DNA from: Vicugna vicugna
Taxonomy: Eukaryota
Assembly: GCA_013265495.1 (NCBI GenBank)
Contig: MU061578.1
Coordinates: 1,435,308 to 1,499,307 of the forward strand
DNA length: 64,000 nt
Reading direction: 5' to 3'
Of the stretch, positions 37,619 to 50,899 are shown one piece after another (within the stretch, counting starts at the first letter, position 1; the number at the start of each line of letters is the position of its first letter). The notes beneath the pieces are model-generated. The model searched no databases. It had not been told where the DNA came from and saw only the letters and a list, made by a program, of their open reading frames with translations. Made by a program: the position numbers and the translations under genes.

Positions 37619-38012
37619 CACATCAAAAGTTAAAACCTACTTAGATAGAAGTGGACAACTGGGTGGCTATCTGGCTATACATCTTCCCCAGAGTGTCAGA
37701 TCCAGATTGGTTTTTGGGCTTATCTTAACCATGCAAGACTCGGATCCAGGACTTGGAACTCAGGAATGTTTCCAGCTTGATGTCTATTCCCCAAATCGAG
37801 TTAGGACCATGCCCCGTTTCAGCAGGAAGTAGCCAGCGCTGTCATCACCCTATTCCCGGAAAGATGTGGGAGAGGATGAAACACGATTGGAGATTGCAAC
37901 TGAGTTCTCTGCTGAGTTCATGATTAACCTCTTTATCGAAAATATTACTCCCTTTCTTGTCCAGCACCTGTTTTCCTCATGATTGAGGAGGATCAAAGAA
38001 AACAGGGGGAAT

Positions 38013-38435
38013 TGTAACCGAGCAGGACCCTGCGGGGCCTTCCCGGGACAGACCCCTCCCCTGTGTCCTCTGCTGTGGCTCCTCTCTGAAGTACCCAGAT
38101 CATAGTATCTCATGCCTGTGTTCTGAGCTTTTCAGATGCTAAAAGCCACCAACAAATGGAAAAGAAGTAACTACTTGGAGACCGAGCATGTAGCCCCAAG
38201 GCCTTCTGGACCCTAAGGCTTGGTCATCAACCAGTCTGAGAATTGAGCTCAGCTACTCACAGACCCTGGGATGCCCCACCCTTAGCTGAAACCCTTTGGG
38301 GAGTTCACTGCTTTTTGTGCATGAGTCACCCCTGTCCTCCTTGCTCAGCCCTGCAATAAGCCTTTCTCTGTTCCAGACTCCTGACATTCTGATATTTGGC
38401 CAGTGTGTCGGGCACACAAAGCCAAGTCAGTAACA
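38013..38435 (+). repeat. 3' LTR
   Basis: tgtaaccgag...cagtaaca, preceded by the PPT. Confidence 0.9.
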
Positions 38436-38837
38436 CTACTTAATATGACTACATGACAATTATGAAATAGTTAAATAGATTTTGAAATTTGCACAAATTT
38501 CCAAACAGAATGCACCTTTAATTAAAGTGTGCATTTTTTTCCTTCTCCAAAAAAACCCAAATTAAATGGTTATATGTCCACTGCTTATAAACACATGGCC
38601 AGAAGGGAGATAAAGATTCTTTGGGAGAACCGAGAAACTGAACTATATGAGTCTATTAAATAGCGAGCAGAGCAGCTGGTAGGAAAGATAGAACGCCACT
38701 CCAAAAATGAAAAATGAAGGGACAATGAGAGCAGAAATCAAGTTTGCTGGTTTCATGATCAGCTTGAAAGGGTCAAAGTCAGGAAGTAAGAAGGTGAGGA
38801 CGGGTTAAGTAAGTACCAGGTCAAGACAGATGCTTGC

Positions 38838-38981
38838 AGGGTTGGGGTGGGGTGTAGCTCAGTGGTAGAGTGCTATGCTTAGAAGCGTGGGGTCCTGGGT
38901 TCAAACCCCAGTACCTCCATTTAAATAAATAAACCTGATTACCACCCCCTCCCCAAAAAAGAATAATAATAATTTTTTAAA
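38838..38981 (+). mobile_element. tRNA-derived SINE (camelid Vic-1 type)
   Basis: A box tagctcagtgg, B box ggttcaaacc, tail aaataaataaacctgattaccaccccc; TSD agatgcttgc (38828-38837 / 38982-38991). Confidence 0.9.
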
Positions 38982-40229
38982 AGATGCTTGCCTTGGAAGA
39001 AACAGATACATACATACAAAGGTGTGTATGTGTTACAACTTGTCCTTGCATTCCAAGGGGAACAGAAGCACATCATGGTAAAATAACCCGAAAAGTCTAA
39101 GGAAGTTGACGGTGTTCAGTTTAGAGAATCAACCTCCTCTCTAAAGGAGCAAACACAGAGAAGAACACCAGTTCCAGCTGACAGCTGTGGGACGTGTCCT
39201 CTTAGGTCTCAAAACCCTACACGTATTTGAAAAATGAAGTTTTGTGAAACATCGTGGCCAATTTCTTGGTTCATTCTTCCAACTTTTCTCACATGGATGT
39301 AGCATATTAATTAGACTGAGAGCACTCTGTTCCATCCACTAATGTCAAAGTTATTGGAGGTTTGGCACGCACCCAAATTTCATCTCAATCTTTCACTTCG
39401 GTATTACAGATGACAAATCAATACTTTTAATACTTTTCCATCTTAATGTTTTCTGATGGAACAGAGCCAGCCCATCCTGCAAGAAATATGCAGATTTCTA
39501 AGGCTATCCCTGCACATAATGAAATGCACAACACCGGCTTTATGGTACATGCAGGCAATAGGTCACTGCAGTAGATGGACACACAGCGGGAGTTAGAGAA
39601 ATTAATACCTTTCTGACATTGAAAGCAGCGGTAACTTGTTACTGAGTCACCTATTCCAACTGGGATCCTATTAAAGTGCATGATTTGAGGGCAAGGACAT
39701 AAAATCTCAATTAAAAATATCGTTTGCTAAATCCTGGACTCACGCTGGCACCCGTGGAAATTTCATATAAACCAGCAGCACATCTCCATCTAAAATTCAA
39801 TTATGTCCAAGTCCAAGATGGTACCTGGTCAGAGACGGCTTCATTATGAAAATAATAATGGGGGTTACAATAATCCCCCATTCTTCCTCAGATCGTGGGG
39901 GCAGTAAACAGCGCAGGGTCCACACCCAGGACTGCCGTTCCTGGCTTTGTCAGCTCGTACATCTCAACTCACAAGCTCAAGATAACCAAGGGACTGAAGA
40001 AACAAAGCACCATTACTGGCTTTCTTTGACATTTCCTGCAGCTCAAAGCAAATTTTAAAACTCCCAAGTCAGGTGATGGAGGGAATATGGCCATGTTCTA
40101 CCTTGTGTAGTACTTACTCCAGCTGGTGACTCCATGACCATTTCACTTCAGAATGAGGCAGACAGTTGCCACAGATGAAACTAGCCATCAGATATCAGGG
40201 TGTTCAGTCCATCTGTGTATCAGTGTGAC

Positions 40230-41660
40230 ACCAACATAGGGACCACACTGCTTCAGGGTACATCCTACCTCATTTTTCCTTTAGCTAGCATGTCTTCTAA
40301 ATAAGATGTCCACTTCTCTGGTTTGGGCCACTGATATTTCTCTCCTGTATCAATGACATACTTCCCTCTTAGCCTTCTATGCCTCGTCTACAGTCAGCAG
40401 AAGTGACTTTCTAATTTACATCAGAGCATGGGATCCTCCTACTTAAAACTCATTATTTCTTACTGTATTTCTTTTACATTTTATTTATTTATTTTATTGA
40501 CGTATAGTTGATTTACAATGGTGTGTTAGTTTCTGATGTACAGCAAAGTGATTCGGTTATCTATATATATAATTTTTCAGATTTTTGTCCATTATAGGTT
40601 ATTACAAGATACTGATTATAGTTCCCTGTGCTACACAGTAGGACCTTATTTATCCCAGGCTCCTAATTTATCCCTCCACTACTTTCCCCTTGGGTAATCG
40701 TAAGTTTGTTTTCTACGTCTGTGAGTCTGTTTTTGTTTTGTAAATAAGTTTATTCATATAATTTTTTTTAGATTCTACATATAACTGATATCACATGATA
40801 TTTGTCTTTCTCTGTCCGGCTTGCTTCACTTAGTATGATTATCTCTAGGTCCATCCCTGTTGCTGCAAATGGCATTATTTTATTATTTTTATGGCTGAGT
40901 AGTATTCCACCGTGTGTATATCCACACCACAACTTCTTTATCCAGTCATCTGTCAGTGGACACTTAGCTTGCTTCCATGTCTTGTATTGTAAATAGTGCT
41001 GCTGTGAACACTGGGGTGCATGTGTCTTTTTGAGTTACGTTTTTCTCTGGATATATGGCCAGGAGTGGGATTGCTGGATCATATGGTAAGTCTATTTTTA
41101 GTCTTTTAAAAAATCTCTACACTGTTCTCCATAGTGGCTGCACCAATTTACATGCCCACCAACAGTGTAGGAAGCTTCCCTTTTCTCACTGTATTTTGAA
41201 TAAAATGTGAACTCCTAATCTTACAAAGGCCTTTGTATTCAACTCTGTCTCTTACCCCCCCCTCCGACTCACCCTGCATGCTTGACGGCCCTTTCTTAGT
41301 TCTCGCCCACACTGTTTCTAGAATGTTCTCTCTCCTCTGTGACAGCTGGCACCTTCATGTTACTTAGGTCTCCTTCTCCAAGGGAAGGCTGGCCTGCTGA
41401 CCTGACGCAAACACTGCTGTCCCTTCCACCACCACCGTTCACTCGTTCTTTCTCTGGTTTCCTCACATCCCTTTTGGCATCCTCTGTTCTCATGTGTCTT
41501 TCACATTTTTTTCCCATTTCAGCCAATGAAATAAATCAGTCCCTAAAGGCGAAGAACCCTCTCTCCCTCACCACTCTGCCCCCAGTGCAGGCCGTAGACC
41601 CTCAACACACCTGTAAATGACAAATAACCCACTGACTTAGTGACTGAACGCTTCTGTGCT
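40230..41660 (+). mobile_element. L2 fragment split by an L1 insertion
   Basis: cagcagaagtgactttcta...ctcctacttaaaactc before the L1 and aataaaatgtgaactcct...ggaaggc...gtagaccctcaacacacctgtaaatgac after it. Confidence 0.6.
40471..41182 (-). mobile_element. 5'-truncated L1 (3' UTR plus ORF2 C-terminus)
   Basis: T-rich tail then gtatagttgatttacaat...gcaaatggcattatt...ggattgctggatcatatggtaag; near-TSD ttct(t/c)actgtattt on both sides. Confidence 0.9.
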
Positions 41661-42799
41661 AGCATCACTGCCGACATCACGTTTTACATCTGTTCTCACA
41701 TGTATGTCCATCACAATGATGGCCAAGGCATACCATTAGATGCCATCATCTGGTTACTGGTTTATTTTAATGTCCGTCACCAGTTTATTTTAATCTCTGA
41801 TACACTGCTGGTCACACCATACCAAGAAACATATGTCGAGAAGTATTACATGTGAATTAAAAAAAAAAACAGAGCATGTCCATAGTCTGCAAACATAAAT
41901 TATGCTCAAGCCAGCCCAGTTTCTGCTCCTGCTGCTATTTTAAGCCCAGTTGCAATTAAGTGCCTAAACGCCATAATATCCCATCCATCACCAACCTCCT
42001 CTCTCTGACCCATTATTAAAACCAAGAAGTGCTGTGAGGTATGAGAATTATTCAATACAAATGACTTAACAGCTATTGATAAATTTACCTTTAACAAATG
42101 CCCTCCAGTAGAGCCCATGACTCAATAGGTTTTGTTATTTTTTTTTTCTCTTCTGCTGGATCCCAGCCTGCTCTACCCAGCACACCACTCAATGCAGATA
42201 CACAGCTGCAGTTCTGACAGTAACAGAAAGATCATAACCCGTCTACACCTCTACTTAAATCTTAATGTTAGCCCCTGGGTGATAGCTACATCAATTTCAA
42301 AGATGTCCTTCCAACCCAAGACTGTTAGAGAGAAAAACTCATAAAACCCTGAGAGCACCCTCTTTTCATTTGTGTGTCAACCCACTCCCTACACCCGGAG
42401 ACAGTTAGCTTGGTCCTTATTATACTCTGAGGATGGAGAGAGAGAGAGAGATAGAGAAGCCGTTCAGAACCGTGTTCCCTGCTGACTATTATTCCAAGGG
42501 AGACAGAAAGCAAGAGGAAATGAAAACATTTCACATTGCATTCTTCAGTGATTTTAATCAGAAGGCTGCTCGGCTGACACTGAAAAAACTTTCCAAGTCA
42601 CTGTTATTCTTAACCAAGAATCTGCACTCTGCTTCTCCGTGGGCTCATGATTCAATGAGGTCACTTAGATTGGTTACCCTCGATATCCTGATTAGGAAAG
42701 AGAGCCCTGGAGACGGAGAAGGTACAGGAGGTCAATATACTGCGCAATGAAAGAGAGAAAGAGCTCTGAAATCGGCTGGGCAGCCTCCTGGGTACATGT

Positions 42800-43160
42800 A
42801 TATGCTCATGGTCAGGTATCTGTGCTCCCCTGAACTTCAGTGTCCTCATCTGGAGATGGGGGGAAATATAAAGCCCTACCTCCCAGGACAGTTATGCCTG
42901 GAAAGGACCCGAGCAACGGCACCTGCACCTCCTGAGTGTTCTCGGAGGCATAACTGTGGTCCTCACCTTGCCCCAGGCACTGTGTGAAGGGCTTTTATAC
43001 TGCCTCCATTCTCTCCTTTAATCCTGTTGAAGTCATTGCTGGCTTACTTGACCAATGAGGAATCCAGACTCAGAGGAGACAGCCAGTTTGTCCAAACAAG
43101 ATCTTGCATATAATCTATGGCAGACCCAGACCTGTTTGAAGTAACACCTTGTTCTCTGGA
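42800..43160. mobile_element. MIR fragments in both orientations
   Basis: cttcagtgtcctcatctggagatggggg; ccaggcactgtgtgaagggcttt...aatgaggaatccagactcagagg. Confidence 0.6.
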
Positions 43161-44696
43161 ACACAATCTGCTCCCTCCCTCCACCCCTGCAGTAGGTTCT
43201 CACTTAACATCGACCTCCAGTATCAGCCGTGGTCAGACTATCTCCATGGACACCCAGATGAGCTCCCCCTGTGGTATATACTCCCATGATCTTTCATTCT
43301 TTCTTTTCAAAAGCATTTATCTCACGCATAATTATTGTTTGAGGTCTATGGTCTTCCTTAGACGAAGACAGGGACCTCACCAGTCTTACTGCAGAATCCC
43401 TGGCATCTTGTAAGTAATCAACAAAATCTTACGGAATGAAGGATGAACACTAAGATAAGCAACTGTAACCTCTGAGAATCCTTAACACATCACAACCAAA
43501 TTCAAATGTTCTGTGCTCCAAACAGCGTGTACACATATTTGTGTATATATATGTATGAGTGTCTGTCTGTCTAGGGTAGGGGAGGAAGAGCGGATGAGGG
43601 AAGTCTAGGTCTCTGTATCTCTGGTATCTACCTACACACAGCATGGCATTGAACCCATTATGGTACTCAATTAAATATACATTTATTGCCTAATTGAGAT
43701 GCTAGTAAATCACACCATAAGTGCCAGCAGAAAAAACAAATTCTTATGAGAAAAAAAAATTAGATATACAAGTTCAGTTAATGCAAAAAATACCAGCAAA
43801 ATGGCAGAATAAATAAGAGTGTCACTGCTGGTGAAAAATCCATCAAGTCACACTACGAAGTCTTGTATGGGACTTTTAAAAGGGGAGGAAGTTAGCAAAC
43901 ACAGCCTGATCCTCATGACGCTGAGGTTGACAGAGTGTTATGTTTTCCACTAGTTTTACAATTGTGAAGCTATAAGGTATGGATTGCCTATGAAAGTTTT
44001 ATGTAGGGAAAATGACTTTGGACAGTGGGTCGGGGCTGAGAATAAATCGCGATTCAGAGGCATCTGGGCATGCAGGTTGAGAACTCGAGGAATCCATTTG
44101 CAGGAGTTGGAATCCATGAGATAGACCGTGCCCAGAAGATGGGTTTCTGCTTGTGCAAAAGAGGTAGTGATCAGAGGGAGATAGTTAAGGGTAGCTGAGG
44201 ACAGAAATTTCCCCCCCCTCTTTTAAGACAGAAAGATTATTAAATTTTTAAAAAATCTTTACTATTGAATTACTTATTTTTTATTTTGGTGGAAGACACA
44301 AAGATTTTTAAAGAGAAGAGCCACAGAAGATGCTCAAAGTACCAGTTTTAGGAGGGAGACTGTGAACACTCCATCCGCGGTGCTTCTTACATCCCAGGAG
44401 ACACAGTGCAGCCTTGTCAGGCCATTAACAATGTCCTGACTTGGCATATACAGACAGCACGTGCAACATACAGAGAAGGTCTAATACAATGCTGGTGGGC
44501 GGACTGTCTCAGACACCTGTGGAGAGGGGTTACCTACAGGGTAGTACAGTCCACGAGATGGAATCAGACTGAGTCTGTACACAAATGATACGCCTGCTGG
44601 AATCTGCCACATATTTTGAGAAGATGACTGGGAGACAGAGTTCCCATGGGCTAGACAACAATGTTTGAGTTATTACGTTTAATAAACTCTCATATG

Positions 44697-45600
44697 ACCT
44701 AAACAAGCAATTCTCCAAGGAAGAAATACAAATGATCAATAAGCACATGAAAAAATGAACAATATCACTAATTATCAGAGAAATGCAAATCAAAACTACA
44801 ATGAGATATCACCTCACACCAGTCAGAATGGCCATCATTCAAAAGTCCACAAATGACAAATGCTGGAGAGGCTGTGGAGAAAAGGGAACCCTCCTACACT
44901 GCTGGTAGGAGTGCAGTTTGGTGTAGCCACTGTGGAAAACTGGAGATTCCTCAAAAGACTGGGAACAGACTTACCATATGACCCAGGAATCCCGCTCCTG
45001 GGCATGTATCCAGAAGGAACCCTACTTCAAAAAGACACCTGCACCTCAATGTTCATAGCAGCACTATTTACAACAGCCAAGACATGGAAACAGCCTAAAT
45101 GTCCATCAACAGATGACTGGATAAAGAAGATGTGGTATATTCATACAATGGAATACTATTCAGCCATAAAAACCAACAACATAACACTATTTGCAGCAAC
45201 ATGGATGTTCCTGGAGAATGTCATTCTAAGTGAAGTAAGCCAGAAAGAGAAAGAAATATATCACATGAGATCACTCATATGTGGAATCTAAAAAAAAATA
45301 CATAAATACAAAACAGAAACAGACTCATAGACATAGAATACAAACTTGTGTTGCCAAGGGGGCAGGAGGTGGGAAGGGATAGACTGGGATTTCAAAATGT
45401 AGAATAGATAAACAAGATTATACTGTATAGTACAGGGAAAAATATACAAGATCTTGTAGTAGCTCACAACAGCTAAAATGACAATGAATATATGTATGTT
45501 CATGTATAACTGAAAAATTGTGCTCTATATTGGAATTTGACACAACATTGTAAAATGACTATAACTCAATAAGGTTAAAAAATAAAATAAAATAAATAAA
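44697..45600 (+). mobile_element. Young 5'-truncated L1 (camelid type) with ORF2 C-terminus
   Basis: ORF 44860-45291 ends LPYDPGIPLLG...MFIAALFT...WKQPKCPSTDDWIKKMWYIHTMEYYSAIK...ICGI; poly-A tail; near-TSD aataaa..ctcatatg. Confidence 0.95.
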
Positions 45601-45848
45601 ACCTCATATGCACTTGTTGGCTGGTGAGCACTAGTGATATCTGAAATACATTCACCACGATCTCTCTTTTCTACTCAGTAAACACTCAGTACAATGATAA
45701 GCCCAAAGAAGGAGCTCAATGAAATTGAGAATGGTTAAGGTTTAATAACACAACACCACCACTATCTGGTAACTGGCTTTATATCAAGTCTGGAAAGCAT
45801 GTAGTATTAGTCCCCCACCCCACCATGTTTTTCCCTTTTTTCCAAAGA

Positions 45849-48205
45849 TTTTTTTTTAATTGAAGTACAGTTGATATATATACCACATTGTGTTAGTTTC
45901 TGAATACAGCAAAGTGATTCAGTTATACATATATATGTATTATATTCTTTTTCATTTTAGGTTATTATAAGCTATTGAATATAGAGCCCTGTGCTGTACA
46001 GAAAGACCTTGTTGTTTATCTGTTTTATATATAGCACTTTGTATCTGCTAATCCCAAACTCCTAATTTATCCCCACCCTCCTTCCCCTTGGGTAGCCATA
46101 AGATTGTTTTCTATGTCTGTGAGTCTGTTTCTGTTTCCTAAATAAGTTCATTTGCATCATACTTTTTAGATTCCACATATAAGTGATATCCTATGATATT
46201 TCTTTCTCTGATTTACTTCACTTAGTATGATCTCTAGGTCCATCCATGTTGCTGCAAATGGCATTATTTTATTCTTTTTTATGGCTGAATATATTCTAGT
46301 ATTCCATTCCATATATGCCACAACTTCTTTATCCAGTTATCTGTCAATGGCCATTTACATTGATTCCATGCCTTAGCTATTGTAAATAGTGCAGCTATGA
46401 ACATTAGGGTGCACGTGTCTTTTAGAATTAGTTTCCTCTGGATATATGGCCAGGAGTGGAATTGCTGGATCATATGGTAAGTCTATTTTCAGTTTTCTTT
46501 TTTTTTTTCTTTAAAGTAATTCCCATACTGTTTTCCACAGTATTGCATCAAATTATATTGCTACCAACACCCTCTCCAGCATTTATCATTGGTGGATTTT
46601 GTAATGATGGCTATTTTGACCTGTGCGCAGTGATACCTCATTGTAGTTTTGATTTGCATTTTCTCTGAGAATTAGTGACTTGAGCATCTTTTCATGTGCC
46701 TCTTGGCCAGCTGTATGTCTTCATTGGAGAAATGTCTGTTTAGGTCTTCTACCCATTTACTGATTGGGATGTTTGGTTTTTGTTATTGAGTTGTATGAGC
46801 TATTTGTATGTTCTGGAAGTTAAGCCCTTGACAGTTGCCTTTTTGCAAATATTTTCTCCCAGTCCATAGGATGTCTTTTTGTTTTGTTTATGGTTTTCTT
46901 TGCTGTGCAAAAGCTTATAATTAGGTCCCATACATTTATTTTTGCTTTTCTTTCTATTACCTTGGTAGACTGACCTACGAGAACAGTGCTACAATTTATG
47001 TCAGAGAATGTTTTGCCTGTGTTGTCTTCTAGGAGATTTATGGTGTGCTGTTTTATGTTTAGTCTTTACGCCATGTTGTGCTTTTGTGTATGGTGTGAGG
47101 GAGTGTTCTAACTTCATTGATTTATATGCGGCTGTCTAGTTTTCACAACATCACTTGCTGAAGAGACTGTCTTTTCTCCATTGCATGTCCAGGCCTCATC
47201 TGTTGAAGATTAGTTGACTGTAGGTGTGTGCATATATTCCTGGGTTCTCTATTTTGTTCCATTGATCCATATGTCTGTTTTTGTGCCAATATCATGCCAT
47301 TTTGATTACTGTAGCTTTGTAGTAGTGTCTGAAATCTGGGAGGGTTATGTCTCCAGCTCTGTCCTTTTTCCTCAGGATTACTTTGGCAATTCTTGGTCTT
47401 TTGTGATTCCATATAAATTTTAGGATTATTCTAGTTCTGTGAAAAATGTCCTGAGTAATTTGGTAGGGATTGCATTAAATCTGTAGTTTGCTTTGCAGAG
47501 TATACCCATTTTAACAGTATTCTTCCAATCCAAGAACGTGGAATATCTTTCAATTTCTTTAAATCACCTTTGATTTCCTTTATCAATGATTTATAATTCT
47601 CAACATACGACTTTTTTACCTGCTTGGTCATGTTTATTCCTAGGTATTTTATTATTTTTTATGCAATTTTTAAGAGTTTTTTTTTTCACTTTCTTTTTCT
47701 GATATTTCATTATTGTAAAGAAATGCAACCGATTTCAGTATGTTTTATATCCTGCTAACTTGCTGAATTTGTTTATCAGCTCTAGTAGTTTTTGTGTGGG
47801 CTCTTTAGGGTTTTCTATAAATAGCATTATGTCATCTGTATACAGTGACAGTCTTACCTCTTCCCTTCCAATTTGAATCCCTTTCATTTCTTTTGTCTAA
47901 TGGCTATGGCTAGGCCTTCCAACACTACATAGAATAAAAGTCATGAGAATGGGCATTCTTGTCTTATTCCAAATTTTAGTGGGAAGGCTTTCAGCTTTTC
48001 ACTGTTGAGTATTATGTTGGCTGTGGGTTTGCCATAAATAGCTTTTATTATGTTGGTATGGTCCCTCTATACCCACTTTGGTAAAAATTTTTTATCATGA
48101 ATAGATGTTGAATTTTATCAGATGTTTTTTCTGCATTTATTGAAATAATCATATAGTTTTCGTCCTTTCTTTGCTTGATGCGATATATCACATTGACTTT
48201 GTGAA
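45849..48205 (-). mobile_element. 5'-truncated L1 (3' UTR to RT region), frameshifted
   Basis: T tail and ORF2 fragments ([43 protein letters not shown]). Confidence 0.92.
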
Positions 48206-48209
48206 TGCT

Positions 48210-50885
48210 GACCAGAAAGGTATTTTGGACATGCTAGGTCATCTGCATTTCCTTATGAAATTTAGCATCTGTTTGGCAATTTTACAAAAAAGTTGGCTGA
48301 TACTTGATTGCTATTATGTTGAATCTATAGATGAGCTAGGAGAGAATAGATATTTTAAAAGTAGTAAGTCTTTCTTCAGCTATAACTGATATAATATTGT
48401 GTATGTTTGAGGTGTATTTTATGTATCTAGTTATATAAGTTAATCATTAAAAATGTCTTTCATTCTGTGCACTTGGTATCAGCATATGTGTCCACTTATT
48501 TAGGTCTTCTTTAATTCATCTCAGCTGTTTTATAGTTTTCAGAGTATAGGAAGGATTTTTATCAGATTTGTCCATCCAAGGAGTTTTCTTTTTTAATGGC
48601 ATTGCAAATGGCATTTTATACATTTCAACTTCCAAACTTTTAACACTAATATATGAAATGCAATTGGTTTATGTATATTTATATTGTATCCTTCTACCAG
48701 TTGAACTGTCTCCTTAGTTTCAGTACTTTTTGTTGTTGCCATCAAATTTTCTACATAGTTGAGTATAATATGAATAAAAATTATCTTACTTCTTCTTTTT
48801 TAAACTAGACGCATTTTTCCACCTTTTTCTTTATTGCACCAGCTAAAACCTCTAGTCCAATGTGGAACAGAAGTGGAAAAGTGGATACCCTTGCCTTGTT
48901 CCTGAACTTAAGGGTAGAACAGTCAGTGTATACCCATTAAGCACGGTACTTTACATTTTTCATAGATGCTTTTATAGATTGAGGAATTTGTCCTCTATTC
49001 TTCCTTTGCTGAGAATTTTTTTATCAGGAATAGATATTGGATTTTGTCAAATGTCTTTTCTGTATCTATTAAGATGATCATATGTTTTCACATTTAAAAA
49101 TTTGTTTATATAATAGAGTGTACAGATTCATATCAAATCTTAAAGCATCTTCGCAATCCTGGAATAAAATGTACTTTTCATGGTATATTATCTTTTTATA
49201 CATTGATGGGTTTGATTTTCTATATGGTGTTTAGAATTTTCACATGGGTATCCATGGGGATTACCCATCTGAAAGTTTCTTTTCACTTAAGGCTTTTTCC
49301 TAGTTTTAGTATCAGAGTAAAGATGATCTCTTAGAATTAAGTTGGGATGTAACTGTTTATATCCTATATCTTAGAATAAGTTTGGAAGTAACCCTTTATG
49401 TCCTATTTCTGGAATAATGTTTTTTTATAAAACTCATCAGTAAAGAAATCAGAACTTGAAATATTCTTTTGGAAAGATATTCAACTACAGATTCAATTTA
49501 TTTAATAGATATCAGGAAATTCAGATTATCTACTTAATGAGTTATCCCTTTGTACTTTTCAAAGAATTTGTCCACTTCATCCAAAAATTTGAATTTCATG
49601 TCATAAAGTTGTTCATAATAGTCCCTTATCACCCTTTTAATATTTAAAGTGATGTCACCTCTTTCATTGCTGATACTGTAATTAGTGATTCCTTTCTTTC
49701 TTTCCTAAGTCTGGCTAAAAGTCTATTGATTTTATTGATCATCTCAAAGAACCAGCTTTCAGTATCGATTTTCTCTATTTTTGGCCTGTTTTCTCTTTTG
49801 TTGATTTCTACTGTGATCTTTATTATTCCCTTTCTTCTACATAACTTGGGTTAATTTCTTCTATTTCTGTTTCCCTGAGATCGTAAATGAAGTAATTTAT
49901 TTGAGACTGTTTAATTCTAGTATGAATGTTTAAAGCTATAAAATTCTCCCTAAGCACTGTTTGGAGACACCACACAAAATTTGATCTGCTATGCATTCAT
50001 TTTCATTTCAGGTCAAATCTCTTTTGGTTTCCCTTTGGAGTCCTTGTTAACCTATGGGTTATTTATACGTATGTTGTTTAGTTTCCAAGTGTTGGAAGAT
50101 TTTCCTGTTATCTTTCTGTCAGTTATTTCTAGTTTGATTCCATGTGGTCAGCAAATAAACTCTATGACTTTTAACTTTTCTAAATTTGTTGAGGTTTTAT
50201 TTGTTTTTATAGCCCAGTAATAGGGCCTCTCTTGTTTTAGGGGTAAATAGTTCTATAACTGCTAACTAGAAAAAGCTGCTTTATAGTGTTGTTCAAATCT
50301 TCTGGATACTTAATAATTTTCTAGCCATTCTATCAAATATTGAAAGACTATAAATGAAGTCTCTAGCTATTTCTCTTTGCTGTTTCATTTATTTTGAAGT
50401 TCTGTTTTGAGGTGTATAAACATTTAAGCTTGCCATGCTCTCTTGGTTATCGACCATTTATCATTATGTAACAACTTTCTTTATCCCTGGCAGTATTTTT
50501 TTCCCACCCTTAGCATCTTGAGATTAATATAGCTATGTAAGTATTTTTTAGATTAGTGTTAGCATGGTTTATCTCTTTTTTATTGTTAACTTGTGTCTTT
50601 AAAGTGTGTTTCTTGCAGAAAGCCTATAACTGCTCTTAATTTTTATTCATTCTGAGAATCTCTGCCTCTTAACTGGACATGTTTAGATCATTTATATTTA
50701 ATGTAATTATTGATATAGTTAGGTTTAAATCTGTAATCTATATTGTCTGTTCCTTCTCCCTTTTTTTCCTCATTTTGTCTACTTTTGGACTAATTGTGTG
50801 ATTCCATTTTATCTGCTTCATTGGCTTATTTGCTTTAACTGTATTTTGTCATATTATTGGATGATTTAGGGTTTACACTTTTAAA
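48210..50885 (-). mobile_element. Older L1M ORF2 fragment
   Basis: T-rich, diverged L1 antisense motifs (ccttgccttgttcctgaacttaaggg; ggattttgtcaaatg; ctcaaagaaccagcttt). Confidence 0.8.
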
Positions 50886-50899
50886 GTGAAAGCTTTATA

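Larger units (their letters stand above)
37295..37700 (+). pseudogene. env: Decayed env TM remnant, interrupted by an insertion
   Basis: From 37301 reads LDNKIALDQMLAEKRKRVVANRSCLYI, resembling the immunosuppressive domain and a decayed CX6CC motif; resumes near 37614 as YITSKVKTYLDR. Confidence 0.8.
33011..38435 (+). mobile_element. Non-autonomous ERV1 provirus (MER4/MER41/MER57-group-like)
   Basis: Two homologous LTRs with TG...CA ends; 4-bp TSD ctac (33007-33010 / 38436-38439); PBS-like ttctgtctaagccagcc; PPT aaagaaaacagggggaa; gag and env remnants; no recognisable pol. Confidence 0.9.

Noticed and set aside
38845..38918. tRNA-like sequence (also 62690-62766)
   Set aside because: A-rich tails, a TSD at the first copy and a degenerate cloverleaf indicate SINEs, not tRNA genes.
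44860..45291. 143-aa ORF with clear protein-like sequence
   Set aside because: It is the C-terminus of L1 ORF2 in a 5'-truncated retrotransposon, not a host gene.
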